DNA of 59,786 nucleotides, taken from the NCBI GenBank assembly GCA_032718475.1, contig JAUCBJ010005246.1, positions 1-59,786 of the forward strand, read 5' to 3'. Shown in pieces: positions 28,101-41,029 of the stretch. Made by a program: the position numbers and the translations under genes. This DNA comes from Nemertoderma westbladi (taxonomy: Eukaryota > Animalia > Xenacoelomorpha). Numbering within the stretch: the first letter of the stretch is position 1; every line of letters begins with the position of its first letter. Below the pieces are notes generated by a model. That model ran no database searches, had not been told where the DNA came from, and saw nothing but the letters and a program-made list of their open reading frames with translations.

Positions 28101-31100
28101 TCCTACGTAGGCCCTACTTCTAACGTTCCATTTAACGCTGTTAAACAATCCTACGTAGGCCCTACTTCTAATGTTCCATTTAACGCTGTTAAACAATCCT
28201 ACGTAGGCCCTACTTCTAACGTTCCATTTAACGCTGTTAAACAATCCTACGTAGGCCCTACTTCTAACGTTCCATTTAACGCTGTTAAACAATCCTACGT
28301 AGGCCCTACTTCTAACGTTCCATTTAACGCTGTTAAACAATCCTACGTAGGCCCTACTTCTAACGTTCCATTTAACGCTGTTAAACAATCCTACGTAGGC
28401 CCTACTTCTAATGTTCCATTTAACGCTGTTAAACAATCCTACGTAGGCCCTACTTCTAACGTTCCATTTAACGCTGTTAAACAATCCTACGTAGGCCCTA
28501 CTTCTAACTTTCCATTTAACGCTGTTAAACAATCCTACGTAGGCCCTACTTCTAACGTTCCATTTAACGCTGTTAAACAATCCTACGTAGGCCCTACTTC
28601 TAACGTTCCATTTAACGCTGTTAAACAATCCTACGTAGGCCCTACTTCTAATGTTCCATTTAACGCTGTTAAACAATCCTACGTAGGCCCTACTTCTAAC
28701 GTTCCATTTAACGCTGTTAAACAATCCTACGTAGGCCCTACTTCTAACATTCCATTTAACGCTGTTAAACAATCCTACGTAGGCCCTACTTCTAACGTTC
28801 CATTTAACGCTGTTAAACAATCCTACGTAGGCCCTACTTCTAACGTTCCATTTAACGCTGTTAAACAATCCTACGTAGGCCCTACTTCTAACGTTCCATT
28901 TAACGCTGTTAAACAATCCTACGTAGGCCCTACTTCTAACGTTCCATTTAACGCTGTTAAACAATCCTACATAGGCCCTACTTCTAATGTTCCATTTAAC
29001 GCTGTTAAACAATCCTACGTAGGCCCTACTTCTAACGTTCCATTTAACGCTGTTAAACAATCCTACGTAGGCCCTACTTCTAATGTTCCATTTAACGCTG
29101 TTAAACAATCCTACGTAGGCCCTACTTCTAACGTTCCATTTAACGCTGTTAAACAATCCTACGTAGGCCCTACTTCTAATGTTCCATTTAACGCTGTTAA
29201 ACAATCCTACGTAGGCCCTACTTCTAATGTTCCATTTAACGCTGTTAAACAATCCTACGTAGGCCCTACTTCTAACGTTCCATTTAACGCTGTTAAACAA
29301 TCCTACGTAGGCCCTACTTCTAACGTTCCATTTAACGCTGTTAAACAATCCTACGTAGGCCCTACTTCTAATGTTCCATTTAACGCTGTTAAACAATCCT
29401 ACGTAGGCCCTACTTCTAACGTTCCATTTAACGCTGTTAAACAATCCTACGTAGGCCCTACTTCTAACGTTCCATTTAACGCTGTTAAACAATCCTACGT
29501 AGGCCCTACTTCTAACGTTCCATTTAACGCTGTTAAACAATCCTACGTAGGCCCTACTTCTAACGTTCCATTTAACGCTGTTAAACAATCCTACGTAGGC
29601 CCTACTTCTAACGTTCCATTTAACGCTGTTAAACAATCCTACATAGGCCCTACTTCTAATGTTCCATTTAACGCTGTTAAACAATCCTACGTAGGCCCTA
29701 CTTCTAACGTTCCATTTAACGCTGTTAAACAATCCTACGTAGGCCCTACTTCTAACGTTCCATTTAACGCTGTTAAACAATCCTACGTAGGCCCTACTTC
29801 TAACGTTCCATTTAACGCTGTTAAACAATCCTACGTAGGCCCTACTTCTAACGTTCCATTTAACGCTGTTAAACAATCCTACGTAGGCCCTACTTCTAAT
29901 GTTCCATTTATGGCTGTTAAACAATCCTACATAGGCCCTACTTCTAACGTTCCATTTAACGCTGTTAAACAATCCTACGTAGGCCCTACTTCTAACGTTC
30001 CATTTAACGCTGTTAAACAATCCTACGTAGGCCCTACTTCTAACGTTCCATTTAACGCTGTTAAACAATCCTACGTAGGCCCTACTTCTAACGTTCCATT
30101 TAACGCTGTTAAACAATCCTACGTAGGCCCTACTTCTAACGTTCCATTTAGCGCTGTTAAACAATCCTACGTAGGCCCTACTTCTAACGTTCCATTTAAC
30201 GCTGTTAAACAATCCTACGTAGGCCCTACTTCTAACGTTCCATTTAACGCTGTTAAACAATCCTACGTAGGCCCTACTTCTAACGTTCCATTTAACGCTG
30301 TTAAACAATCCTACGTAGGCCCTACTTCTAACGTTCCATTTAACGCTGTTAAACAATCCTACGTAGGCCCTACTTCTAATGTTCCATTTATGGCTGTTAA
30401 ACAATCCTACATAGGCCCTACTTCTAACGTTCCATTTAACGCTGTTAAACAATCCTACGTAGGCCCTACTTCTAACGTTCCATTTAACGCTGTTAAACAA
30501 TCCTACGTAGGCCCTACTTCTAACGTTCCATTTAACGATGTTAAACAATCCTACGTAGGCCCTACTTCTAACGTTCCATTTAACGCTGTTAAACAATCCT
30601 ACGTAGGCCCTACTTCTAACGTTCCATTTAGCGCTGTTAAACAATCCTACGTAGGCCCTACTTCTAACGTTCCATTTAACGCTGTTAAACAATCCTACGT
30701 AGGCCCTACTTCTAACGTTCCATTTAACGCTGTTAAACAATCCTACGTAGGCCCTACTTCTAACGTTCCATTTAACGCTGTTAAACAATCCTACGTAGGC
30801 CCTACTTCTAACGTTCCATTTAACGCTGTTAAACAATCCTACGTAGGCCCTACTTCTAACGTTCCATTTAACGCTGTTAAACAATCCTACGTAGGCCCTA
30901 CTTCTAACGTTCCATTTAACGCTGTTAAACAATCCTACGTAGGCCCTACTTCTAATGTTCCATTTATGGCTGTTAAACAATCCTACATAGGCCCTACTTC
31001 TAACGTTCCATTTAACGCTGTTAAACAATCCTACGTAGGCCCTACTTCTAACGTTCCATTTAACGCTGTTAAACAATCCTACGTAGGCCCTACTTCTAAC

Positions 31101-31603
31101 GTTCCATTTAACGCTGTTAAACAATCCTACGTAGGCCCTACTTCTAATGTTCCATTTATGGCTGTTAAACAATCCTACATAGGCCCTACTTCTAACGTTC
31201 CATTTAACGCTGTTAAACAATCCTACGTAGGCCCTACTTCTAACGTTCCATTTAACGCTGTTAAACAATCCTACGTAGGCCCTACTTCTAACGTTCCATT
31301 TAACGCTGTTAAACAATCCTACGTAGGCCATACTTCTAATGTTCCATTTAACGCTGTTAAACAATCCTACGTAGGCCCTACTTCTAACGTTCCATTTAAC
31401 GCTGTTAAACAATCCTACGTAGGCCCTACTTCTAATGTTCCATTTATGGCTGTTAAACAATCCTACGTAGGCCCTACTTCTAACGTTCCATTTAACGCTG
31501 TTAAACAATCCTACGTAGGCCCTACTTCTAACGTTCCATTTAACGCTGTTAAACAATCCTACGTAGGCCCTACTTCTAACGTTCCATTTAACGCTGTTAA
31601 ACA
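25117..31603. repeat. 48-bp minisatellite (TAAACAATCCTACGTAGGCCCTACTTCTAACGTTCCATTTAACGCTGT)n, roughly 135 copies
   Basis: Directly visible. Very homogeneous, with no indels (both long ORFs stay in frame). Confidence 0.98.
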
Positions 31604-31619
31604 GAATTATAAGCAGAAT

Positions 31620-32422
31620 TAAATGAGGATTTCAAATCTGAAAACCGCATAGCGAAACCTCTTTTAGTTCTCGAGTTATCGCTGTTTTTCTGTATGATGA
31701 TCCGTGACTAGATTCCACAAAACCTTAAAATTGACATCGGAGATGAAATCAGCGACCACGAAAACCCCCATAATAAAAGTTTTAGCCCGGTGATGTGCTT
31801 CTATCATGCCAGAAAAGATTAACCAATCAGACCACAGACAGCCACTTTTGGCGGGAAGGTTTAAACTTTAAAGGCAATTATCTCGGAATAACATTTTTCA
31901 TTTTTCAAATTACAGTAACTACTCCTCCGCCATTTTTTAACCAATTTTCATTATTTTTGGCTCATTCGAAAGGGTTTCGGTAATTCTTTAGAAGTTATCG
32001 GTTGGAATTTTTATATTTATGTTTTTTACCGCCAATTTTTCAGATGAAAGCAAAAATTTGTGAAAATTTTACCAAAAATTAATAAATATTAATTAATTTT
32101 CATAAAAACACTAAGCAAAAAATGTTAACCGATAACTTTTGTGGAGCTCATCTCCCTAATTCGAAAAAAAATTGGTTTCAGATTGAATGACTACCGGTAG
32201 TACAGTTAGCGTTTTAACCACAAACCTCAAATATTGTTTCATTCAATGGCCGCTAGAGGGCGACTGGAAATGTGAAAATTTTTCGAAAAAACAAACGTTT
32301 GGCTATATTTTTACAGCCCATACTGTATAAAATCAAAATATTTTAATTTCAGTAGAAATTGCAGACATTTAAAAAAAGTACTCATGGGGGGGGGGGGGGG
32401 GGGGGGGGTACTCCGGCCATAA
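31620..32422. mobile_element. Probable fragment of a non-autonomous DNA transposon
   Basis: MITE-like composition ending in polyG-TACTCCGGCCATAA. No matching second terminus found. Confidence 0.3.
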
Positions 32423-32826
32423 TAGTTGAAACATTCTGGAATGTGAACGCGGATGAAAATTATTAGAAACGGAAAGAAATGACGTGGTGATAACGAATAT
32501 TTTTAAAAAATGACATTTTCAAAAATATGTTTTCATGTCAATTTCATAGCTACTTTGGGACGCAAATCCCAATAAAGCAATGTAATTTGATAAAGTTGAT
32601 AAAAATTCGCTACAGAATATCAGGTTTAATGTACAGTAAACCAATAATAGCATTACGCTGAATTTAAATTCCATTAACAAAATAATATTAAAATACACTG
32701 CATTGTTTGAATATTATACACGATATTTATAAAAATATATGTATTATACAGAAGTGTAGTAACAAGAAAAATACAAACCGTTCACTTATTTATAAAACAA
32801 TAATTACAGACCGCAGACATTCCGTA

Positions 32827-34539
32827 TCATCGCTTCGACCCAGCGGGTAGCCTCGGGGGCAATAAATTCCTTCTAACTTTATTTATTTTACCAACAGACG
32901 GCGATATTGGATCGGTTTCTCTTTCAGTCCGGTAATTCGGGGTAGATGTGAGTTGACGGACTCTGGGAAGACAGACGCCCCTGTCGACATATTTTGACGA
33001 GTTTGATTGTTCCAACATACCCGATTCCGCCTTTAGATCTGATGAATTCTCTATAGTTGAGATTAGACTTAGATTTGGTTCAAGAACGCCATCTTTAATC
33101 TTAAGAGAATCGCTTAATTCCAAAGATTTCAGATTCTCTAGCTCTAAATCTACCATATTATCCAGATCTGCGACGAGACAATCTGTCAAGGCGATATTTT
33201 TATCTCTTATTTCTAAATGTTTCTCCCGAACTTTATTAAGCGACTCAACAAACTGCTCGCTAACTGCTGATATACTAAGTGAGTTGTTATTCTTAGGTGA
33301 TAATAAACTAACAGCTTGGTCCAAACTATCCGAATTGTCCTTAAATGTCATTAGGAAGGTCTTCAAATCGGTCTCCATGGCTGATTGACTTAAAGTTTTG
33401 AATTTTTCTAGAATTTGACTTAAAGGCGAACAAACAACCTGATAAAATTCCTGCTGGAAGGAAGAGTGTGAATTCTCTAAACTCTCAAATAATTCGGTTA
33501 CATACTTTAATTGTATATCGTAAGATGATTTATGGAAGTCCAACTCGTTATTAACAGAATCTAAATACAATTGTTTCTTCTTCAAATTATAATTATAAAC
33601 GTTTAATACGGATTGAATAGTCTCGTTTATCTGTTTGTGGTATTTCCTTGGCAACGGGGATATGCAACCTTGGAGTTGGTGCAGATTGAACGATGTATCA
33701 ACCGGTTTGGTAAGAAAACTCCAAGGAACTGAAGGTGAAACGATATTTAATGCGAGGAGATTCTGGCAAGAAGATTCTAAGAGTTTACTCGATTCCATCA
33801 AGGCGGACTTCAATCTATTGTGACCCGGAAGAATATTTATGGGGGTTTTGTACGTATTTACAGCGACGTCGAGGACTATCAATTGCTTGTGGAGTTGGTT
33901 TAATTTCGACTCTAATTGGCTCACGTGTTTAAGATTAATAAATTCGTGTTTCTTAGAACAAACATCGAGAAGAGATGATTCCTTGTCTGGTTGTGATTGA
34001 ACATATTTTTTTAACATTTCCGATTGTAACGGATACGCGATGGTCTGCGAGGTATCGGTACCCGAGCGAGCCAACCGCTTCCGAATCGGTATCATCCGTT
34101 CCACGTTGCCGATAATCTCGGATCTCTCGATAGCAACAGTGGAGCCTCTATTCTCGCGACTAATCCAACCCCTATGAGCAGAAATTAATGAGTCCAAACA
34201 GTTAGTTAAATCTACCATGAGGGTCTCTCTCGAACTTATAGAGTTTTCAAGGAGTAGAATTTGTCTCTCGAGTTGTATCGATTGGCATTTAAGGAAATTA
34301 ACTCGTCTCAGATCGTATTTTTCTTTTGGACCTTCACCCGTCAGCTGGTCCAATAATTTACTCTGCGTTTCTAACTCTTTCTTTAATTGTTTATTCTCCT
34401 CGCACATCTGTGAATACATCTTTGTCGTTGGTTTGTCGGATTGACACATATGTCCATCTTCCAGATTGCCTACATCGGGGTGTGGCGTTCCCATAATGAT
34501 ATGGTTACAATCCAACGAGGTAACGCGGTTCCTCTGCAT
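32827..34539 (-). CDS. Uncharacterised 570-aa protein with predicted coiled coils, single coding exon
   Basis: 1.7-kb non-repetitive ORF in AT-rich DNA. Heptad-like segments (CEENKQLKKELETQSKLL; QSIQLERQILLLENSI; VSQLESKLNQLHKQL). No transposase or RT motifs seen. Confidence 0.85.
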   Translation of the reverse strand: MQRNRVTSLDCNHIIMGTPHPDVGNLEDGHMCQSDKPTTKMYSQMCEENKQLKKELETQSKLLDQLTGEGPKEKYDLRRVNFLKCQSIQLERQILLLENSISSRETLMVDLTNCLDSLISAHRGWISRENRGSTVAIERSEIIGNVERMIPIRKRLARSGTDTSQTIAYPLQSEMLKKYVQSQPDKESSLLDVCSKKHEFINLKHVSQLESKLNQLHKQLIVLDVAVNTYKTPINILPGHNRLKSALMESSKLLESSCQNLLALNIVSPSVPWSFLTKPVDTSFNLHQLQGCISPLPRKYHKQINETIQSVLNVYNYNLKKKQLYLDSVNNELDFHKSSYDIQLKYVTELFESLENSHSSFQQEFYQVVCSPLSQILEKFKTLSQSAMETDLKTFLMTFKDNSDSLDQAVSLLSPKNNNSLSISAVSEQFVESLNKVREKHLEIRDKNIALTDCLVADLDNMVDLELENLKSLELSDSLKIKDGVLEPNLSLISTIENSSDLKAESGMLEQSNSSKYVDRGVCLPRVRQLTSTPNYRTERETDPISPSVGKINKVRRNLLPPRLPAGSKR

Positions 34540-35077
34540 TGTCGGATGTCGGGTGGCTAAAGTTTATATATATTCAATAATATTATCCCGATATCTATCT
34601 CTGTATCTGTCTATATAAGATCAACTAACATAAGTAGGCCTACACGATCGACAAGGCAGAAGACAAGCTGACAGGTACCGGTACCGTACTGCCGTAACTA
34701 CTAATCTACGGACCGGCGCCGTACACTATACGTGGCCTGGTCACCCTTCCACCCTAGACAGACACTACAGTGTAGTTCTATAGGATATGTTTTAAAATTT
34801 AGGAACCCCGGCGCTGTAGCTTCAGAATTTGCCCTGCAATGAAAACTTTCCACATAGATTAATTAATGACAATAAATACTGCCTAAATGAAATACAGTAC
34901 AGCTGTACTGTACAGCTGTACAGCCCGCCATGAGCCCACCCCACATTGTACTGATACAGGATAAGACTATGTACCCCTGTAGGCTACTCATTAGCTCTGT
35001 GTGTAGTAAAGTAGTGTTAGCAGTGTATGCAATCGTAGGCCTACCATGTTAGGTGTACTGGCTGACTGGGTGGGTAC

Positions 35078-35115
35078 CAAGGTGTACTAAATAACTAATT
35101 ATTTAGTACACCTTG
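35078..35115. mobile_element. 38-bp palindromic micro-MITE (hAT-like)
   Basis: CAAGGTGTACTAAATAA-CTAA-TTATTTAGTACACCTTG, flanked by GTGGGTAC and CTGGGTAC (7/8 match, 8-bp TSD-like). Confidence 0.65.
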
Positions 35116-35899
35116 CTGGGTACCCACCCAGGCCGAAGCATGGCGGTCGCTTATAAGAGTAGAACACACAGCTGATTAATGTTTATATTTATAACGTTGT
35201 CATGACAACTGGTGTGTTGTCTATGGGAAGGTGTGGCTCGCTCCCTGCTTCATTGATTCAGTCGGTCGTTCTACAGTAACAGTAGTTCAGGTAGTTAAAT
35301 GAACTTAGATCCTACTGTACATGTGCGTCCTGACACTCCTAAAACAGATAATGTACAGTGAAATTAATCATACTGTACAATTACATTCACTGTATACTCC
35401 CTTTAAAATTGTTGTGATAAACGGTATACATTCTCCCGGACTGATTCCTGACACCGCAAAAACAATATACGATTGGGATTCAAATACATTATATAGAGGC
35501 TTGTGAAGTTAAATCCTGGTCATAGCAGTTATACTGTAGTTCTTTACTATATTAGATTCTAGAGAAACGTTATCGTTGACGCGAACTTATATCCCGATAA
35601 ACATAGATCCTAAGAAGAACTTTGAATCCTAGACGAACTTAGATTCCAGAAAGTAGTGCGCTGTATGCTGCAATTGAATTTAAAGAATTGCTGTTCAGTT
35701 ACAGTTACAGTTTTCGTTTCGGCACGAATGCTTTATAAAGGGACTAGCCACGCCGCAGCTCTGCATTGCATCCTTAAATAGTAGCTAAATCAATACTGGA
35801 GTTTCCTCTGTGGAGTATATTGCAGTTCTGGGGGACCGCACTGGAAATAAGTCGCACTGACTATGTGCGTAATCCCTGGCCTAACGTCCGAAGAGAACA

Positions 35900-36150
35900 T
35901 AATTGTATTTGTATAATATGATTTTAATCTTAAATTTGTAAAGTAACATCGGCTCAAACATATGACATAGAGTTTTCAATGATAACTGCCCTAAATAGTT
36001 GAATCAATTATATGGCATGAGAACCAGCGTATCAAAAAAGCGGCACTTTTTTCTTTAACGGTATTAAGAATTGGAATTCCCAACCGAATATAACATTTTA
36101 AAAATAAACATGCCTTTAAGTCTGCAGTAAAATCCCACCTCCAAGACCAG
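35900..36150 (+). mobile_element. Degenerate LINE (L2/CR1-like) ORF2 3' remnant
   Basis: Translates as GTFFFNGIKNWNSQP...NKHAFKSAVKSHL, the F....K.WN.LP......FK..K..L terminal pattern. Confidence 0.5.
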
Positions 36151-37748
36151 TGTATAAAATCTCACATAACAATAATTAATTTCAACATTAAAAAGGTGCA
36201 TGTGTAATTAATAATACAGTATATATATATATATACTGTATATGCTAGAAGCCTACAGTAGTTAGTTTAGTTTGTATCGGTACCAAGTAACTTGAAGGAC
36301 TCTTTGGGAAATAACTGCAAAGCTTTAGGGGTTTTATGTTGGCGGCGATACTTAATATACATTAATTGTGTTTAGTTAATAATGTATTGATTTCTATTGT
36401 TTGCTAATGTAAAAATAAGTTGTTATATTCTTTAATCTAGTGCCATCTATTCGCTATCAAATTGAAAATGAATTCATAAATGTCCTCATTTATTTTATTG
36501 CAGTGCTGGACATAATACTTAATGATATGGCATACATACAGTAACCAAATCATTGTACTGTATTATAGAGTATGACAAGTGCAGTCCTACATAGGCGGCG
36601 TATGTCCAGACTGCCAGACCCCCAGGCAAGAATAATACAATATAAACCGCGGGATTTCCAGATATGGTCAGACTACTTTATCAAGTATAATTATTGTCCG
36701 TAGTAACTAAGTACTGTAATTAGACAACACAGAAATATTATGTATAGGATGAATGTCAATTGTTAATATTGACATTTACAGTACAGGCCACCAGAAAAAG
36801 CAGATTTCATCCAATGTGATCACATGTGAACACATTTGTTCAAGTCATCTGATTGGCAGGTTATGGCGAGTTATCTTCTAGATCACACAGCAGGAGGCTA
36901 ACTTGCTGGGACCGACAAAGGCTTTGTGTGCGGTGCGCCTGTATGTCTGATATGAGGTAGATGAGAGAGCTCCCAGGGCGTAACATTGCGGACATGGGCT
37001 GTATTGGTAGAGAGAGAACTACATACAAGACCACATGGAGGTTCATAGAGTGTATGGGAGTGGATGGGTATATGGATGGAGGAACCTAGACCATTGAATA
37101 ATTAATTTAGTGCAGGGAGATGTCGCGCCATTAGTCTGACACCGAGAGGGCACAGAGAAACACCAGAAGATGCCTTAACATCACAAACTATAGGCCTGCC
37201 TACTAGACACTATTAACCGCACACTATAAAGGTAAACAATATCCTTATCACATTTCCAGCTGCAGTGAGTGACAGTTAGCGACAAACTACAGAGAGTTTC
37301 CAGATTACTAAGCTTTTCAAAAGTATTCAATTGTATCCTTTGGCGAAAAAATTGTGGTTGTTGCCAATTCAATTATGTTCAATTGTGTTCAATTGTCCCG
37401 TTCAACAACATTACATTACACTGGTACACATTTGATAAAATGTGTTCACAATTGTACAAATCTGCGTTTTCTGGTGGCCTGTACTGTAGTTGCATAGTGT
37501 CAATATTAAAATTGTTTAAAATATTACCGAGTGATATAAGTTTATATTTAGTATTTACTGTAGTGCCAAAGTCAATGTCGATATTGAAGTCTAGTCTGCC
37601 AGCAGCTGAGTATATAGCCGAGCTGTGTGTGAACTTTGTTTTGTACTCACCCGTTAGTTAGTGTTAGTAGCCATACTGACATTTCATTTCAAAATACGTG
37701 ATTCAAGTTACTCAACTAACTCTCTTAGGTGTAACTCTCTCTCTCACG

Positions 37749-38096
37749 ACTTTACAAAACTGGGAAAACAAATCTAATTGGCTAGAGTGGTTTCTATACT
37801 AACAAAAATCCACTCAAGGAAATTAAATGATTCAGAGAAATTAAAAGGAATATAAGTTAGGGGCAAATCAAATCCAAGTGTTCAACTCAAAACTATAATA
37901 GGGCCTACTACTGTACTTCGTCGAATCTATTTTGAATTTCCCTCATTAATTATATACCGATTCGATTCAAGGTTGTCAAGGAGACAGTAGCCCCCTGATC
38001 CGCTAAATTATGGAAACAAACCTGTTTGGATGTTTGTTGGTATAGAAACCACCCCCTCCAATTAAATTACATGTTTCCACGAGTTTGCAAAAGTTA
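37749..38096. mobile_element. Old MITE with degenerate inverted arms
   Basis: GTGGTTTCTATACTAACAAAAATCCA pairs with TGGATGTTTGTTGGTATAGAAACCAC, and the imperfect match extends about 65 bp. Confidence 0.55.
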
Positions 38097-39028
38097 GGGA
38101 AACAAAAAAAGATTACTAAAACTGCGCCACTTCTGGCCACCACAGCATGGTGTGTAGGCCCAGAAGTAGGCGTAGCCTTGATAACTGATAATAATTTTTA
38201 TTTTCATATTTTTTTATCTTAAATTATTGCACTTGAAATATATAGACATAATATGACAAAGATAAATACATAATTAAGAACCAAGTAATTTTGAATAATT
38301 ATGTTTCATAATAATAATTAGTATTAAATTAAATTATTAAAATTAAATATTAAATTATTAAATAATTATATTTGTATACGCATTTACATAATATAAAGTA
38401 GTATTATCTGTATAACATGCGGAGGAATAATTAGAACTCTATGTGATAAATTTACTGATTTTAAGTTGAAGCGGGATAGACTAATTTTGATTATATATGA
38501 AAAGTTATTAATAGGTTGAGCGTCACAGATCAAGTGATGATGGTTGAAGTTGAGAGAATGATTATTAAAAATAATTTTCATGTAAATATTTTTATCTGGT
38601 CTTTTTTAAAACTGATCCCATTTTGGACTCAGAGTCTACCTTAATTCTAACATTCAATTTATTGTTGTTTTTATTAAAGATAGCAATCATTTTTTTTAAC
38701 TATTTAAATTGTAAAATTATTTTAAACCTACGTATTGTACATCTATCTATATTTCAAAGCAAAGTTTGTGAGTGTTTGTGGATTTTATTTCTGCCCTGTT
38801 TATTTTTTCTGAAATTTGGCATGCAGGTTTGGTTTGGGATTTGATTACGGTAGGCCCTATACAAAATATTGAAGTTACTGTACTGGTCCACTCAATACAT
38901 GGCACGGGTTGAGGGTTGCATTAATGGAATGACTTTTAACAAACAATTATGTTACAATAATTAATTGTAATTGATTACAGGGGAATTCCGGTACGCTATA
39001 TTTCCATGGGACTTGAGTCAGTGAGAGC

Positions 39029-39480
39029 CAGTGACGTAGCCAAGGAGGGGGGGGGGGGGGGGCAAGGCGGCCATGCCCCCCCCCCCCCCACCCGCTTCCG
39101 ATGAAATTTTTTTAATTCCATTCGCCAGGCCCCGCTGGTCAGCCGTCAACAGCGCAGCACTTATATAAATTAATAATCTCATATTAGATGATATATTGGA
39201 TTTAAATTGCCAAAGGTTAATTTTCAATAATTTAAGAAAATAATTGGTCTAACTATACCCAAGGTGTAGTAAATGCCCGTATTTCATGATGGAAGAAGCT
39301 TCGATGGACGATACTTATATGCTGGAAATAGGCCCAGATAATAAGTGAGAAGACTTACAAAAATAAAACGACGTAAGTGGTAGCAAAAAGCAACATTTTT
39401 GTCTTGCTTTATAATTTGTCTCGCTACGCTCGCCGAATAATATCGCTTGACACAAAATCTACTTTTTTTGCCTCTTATCT
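39029..39480. mobile_element. Possible hAT-type non-autonomous element end
   Basis: CAGTGACGTAGCCAAGG followed by a polyG/polyC hairpin. No second terminus found; right boundary is uncertain. Confidence 0.35.
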
Positions 39481-39547
39481 GGTTCTTATTACCGGTACTG
39501 CTTTATTCTGTTATAGAATACAGGAATAGGCCTATAGCTTTGGCCTA

Positions 39548-40480
39548 CCGGTGTAACAGGAAAATATGCCCCCCCGGGAAATGTGCCCGGGGGGGCATAT
39601 TTTCCTAGGAAAAAATGCCCCCCGGGCAAATTTCCCTAGGAATAAATGCCCCCCCTTAGGAAATTATGCCCCCCCTGAATTATACAATAAACAAAACTTA
39701 TTACTACTAAAACTTACAAAAATTATATAAAACAATAAACAGTCACTTTACCAAATGAAGGAAAGGAGCAGGTTACAGAGGCAGGCCTTTCTAACCAAAA
39801 CAATAAACGATCATTTAACTAATTGAGGGAAAGGAGCAGGTTACAGAGGCGGGATTTTCTAACCAAAACAATAAACAGTCACTTTAGCAAATCAGGGAAA
39901 GGAGCAGGTTACAGAGACGGGATTTTCTAACCAAAACAATAAATGATAACATTACCAATTGAGAGAAAGGAGCAGGTTACAGAGGCGGGATTTTCTAACC
40001 AAAACAATAAACAATCACTTTACCAAATCAGGGAAAGGAGCAGGTTACAGACTTAAAAAAGCTTGGAGCTGCTCGGCGCCCACACAACACCACACACTCG
40101 CACTGCTGTTATACAGTTATACCAGTACTTACTACAGTAGCCTACTGACTTAGATACTTCAGTATGCTGTTCTACACCCCTTACTCTGCCTTACCTGCTT
40201 ACCTACCGGCAGACCGGTACCGTACTATTCTTCCAACTATTACAAGTTCTGCAGTTGGTAGATTAAAAGTGGCTACCAGCAGACCGGTATCGTACCAGTT
40301 TTCAGACTTTTGAGGGGGGCTAATTTTCCTGAGGGGAGGCATTATTTCCTAAGGAGAAAATGCCCCCCCGGGCTAAATTTCCTAGGCAGCTAGGAAAAAT
40401 TGCCCGGGGGGACATAATATCCTAGGAAATAATGCCCCGGGGGCATATTCTAGGGGGGGCTGATTTCCTTGTGACACCGG
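39548..40480. mobile_element. 933-bp MITE with TA TSD, inverted subterminal (GGAAAAATGCCCC) repeats and an internal ~69-bp tandem repeat
   Basis: TA|CCGGTGTAACAGGAAAAT ... ATTTCCTTGTGACACCGG|TA. About 4.5 internal copies of AAAACAATAAAC...AAAGGAGCAGGTTACAGAG. Confidence 0.85.
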
Positions 40481-41029
40481 TATACCTGGTATAGCATACT
40501 GCAGTACTGGTACCTGGGTACTGGCAACTGGCATAGTGGCATTGGCATACTGGCATATATCAGTCAATCAGTGTATATAGCTATTAGCTATATCAGTACA
40601 GCAGTACCTACTGTACTTCATACTTGTATACAATTGTGTACATATTGTGTATTGCCTATTGCTGCTGCTGTATTGGCTGATTGGTACCGGTTTTATTTAT
40701 TAGTGTCATACCTGCATACTGTCATACTGTCATAACGTCAGTGTGTCAGTCATATGTCAGTATGTCATTGTCATAAGACTGTAAGAGTTTGTATCCATAG
40801 GCTGATAGGCCTATAGCAGTACGGTATAGCCAGATAGTTATTACATTAAATTACGAGACACGTGACATACATTGAATTTGGAATTGCCTTAAGCAGTTAA
40901 GTACAAATGCCTAAAGCAGTAAAGCCTAAGACTGTAAGAATAAATAAAAACAATACTTGCAATAAGTACTGCAATATTTTATAGGCCTACCATCCTGCAG
41001 TACTCTGGTACTAGTACTGTACCTGTAGG

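Noticed and set aside
25110-31622. 2148-aa and 1578-aa repeat proteins on opposite strands
   Set aside because: The 48-bp unit is a multiple of 3 and stop-free in one frame per strand. The 2148-aa ORF starts at a non-ATG codon, neither has unique termini, and the unit derives from LINE sequence in another frame.
37180-37680. Possible LINE endonuclease remnant on the minus strand (YRPP...NW)
   Set aside because: Only one short motif amid stops, too weak to call without a search.
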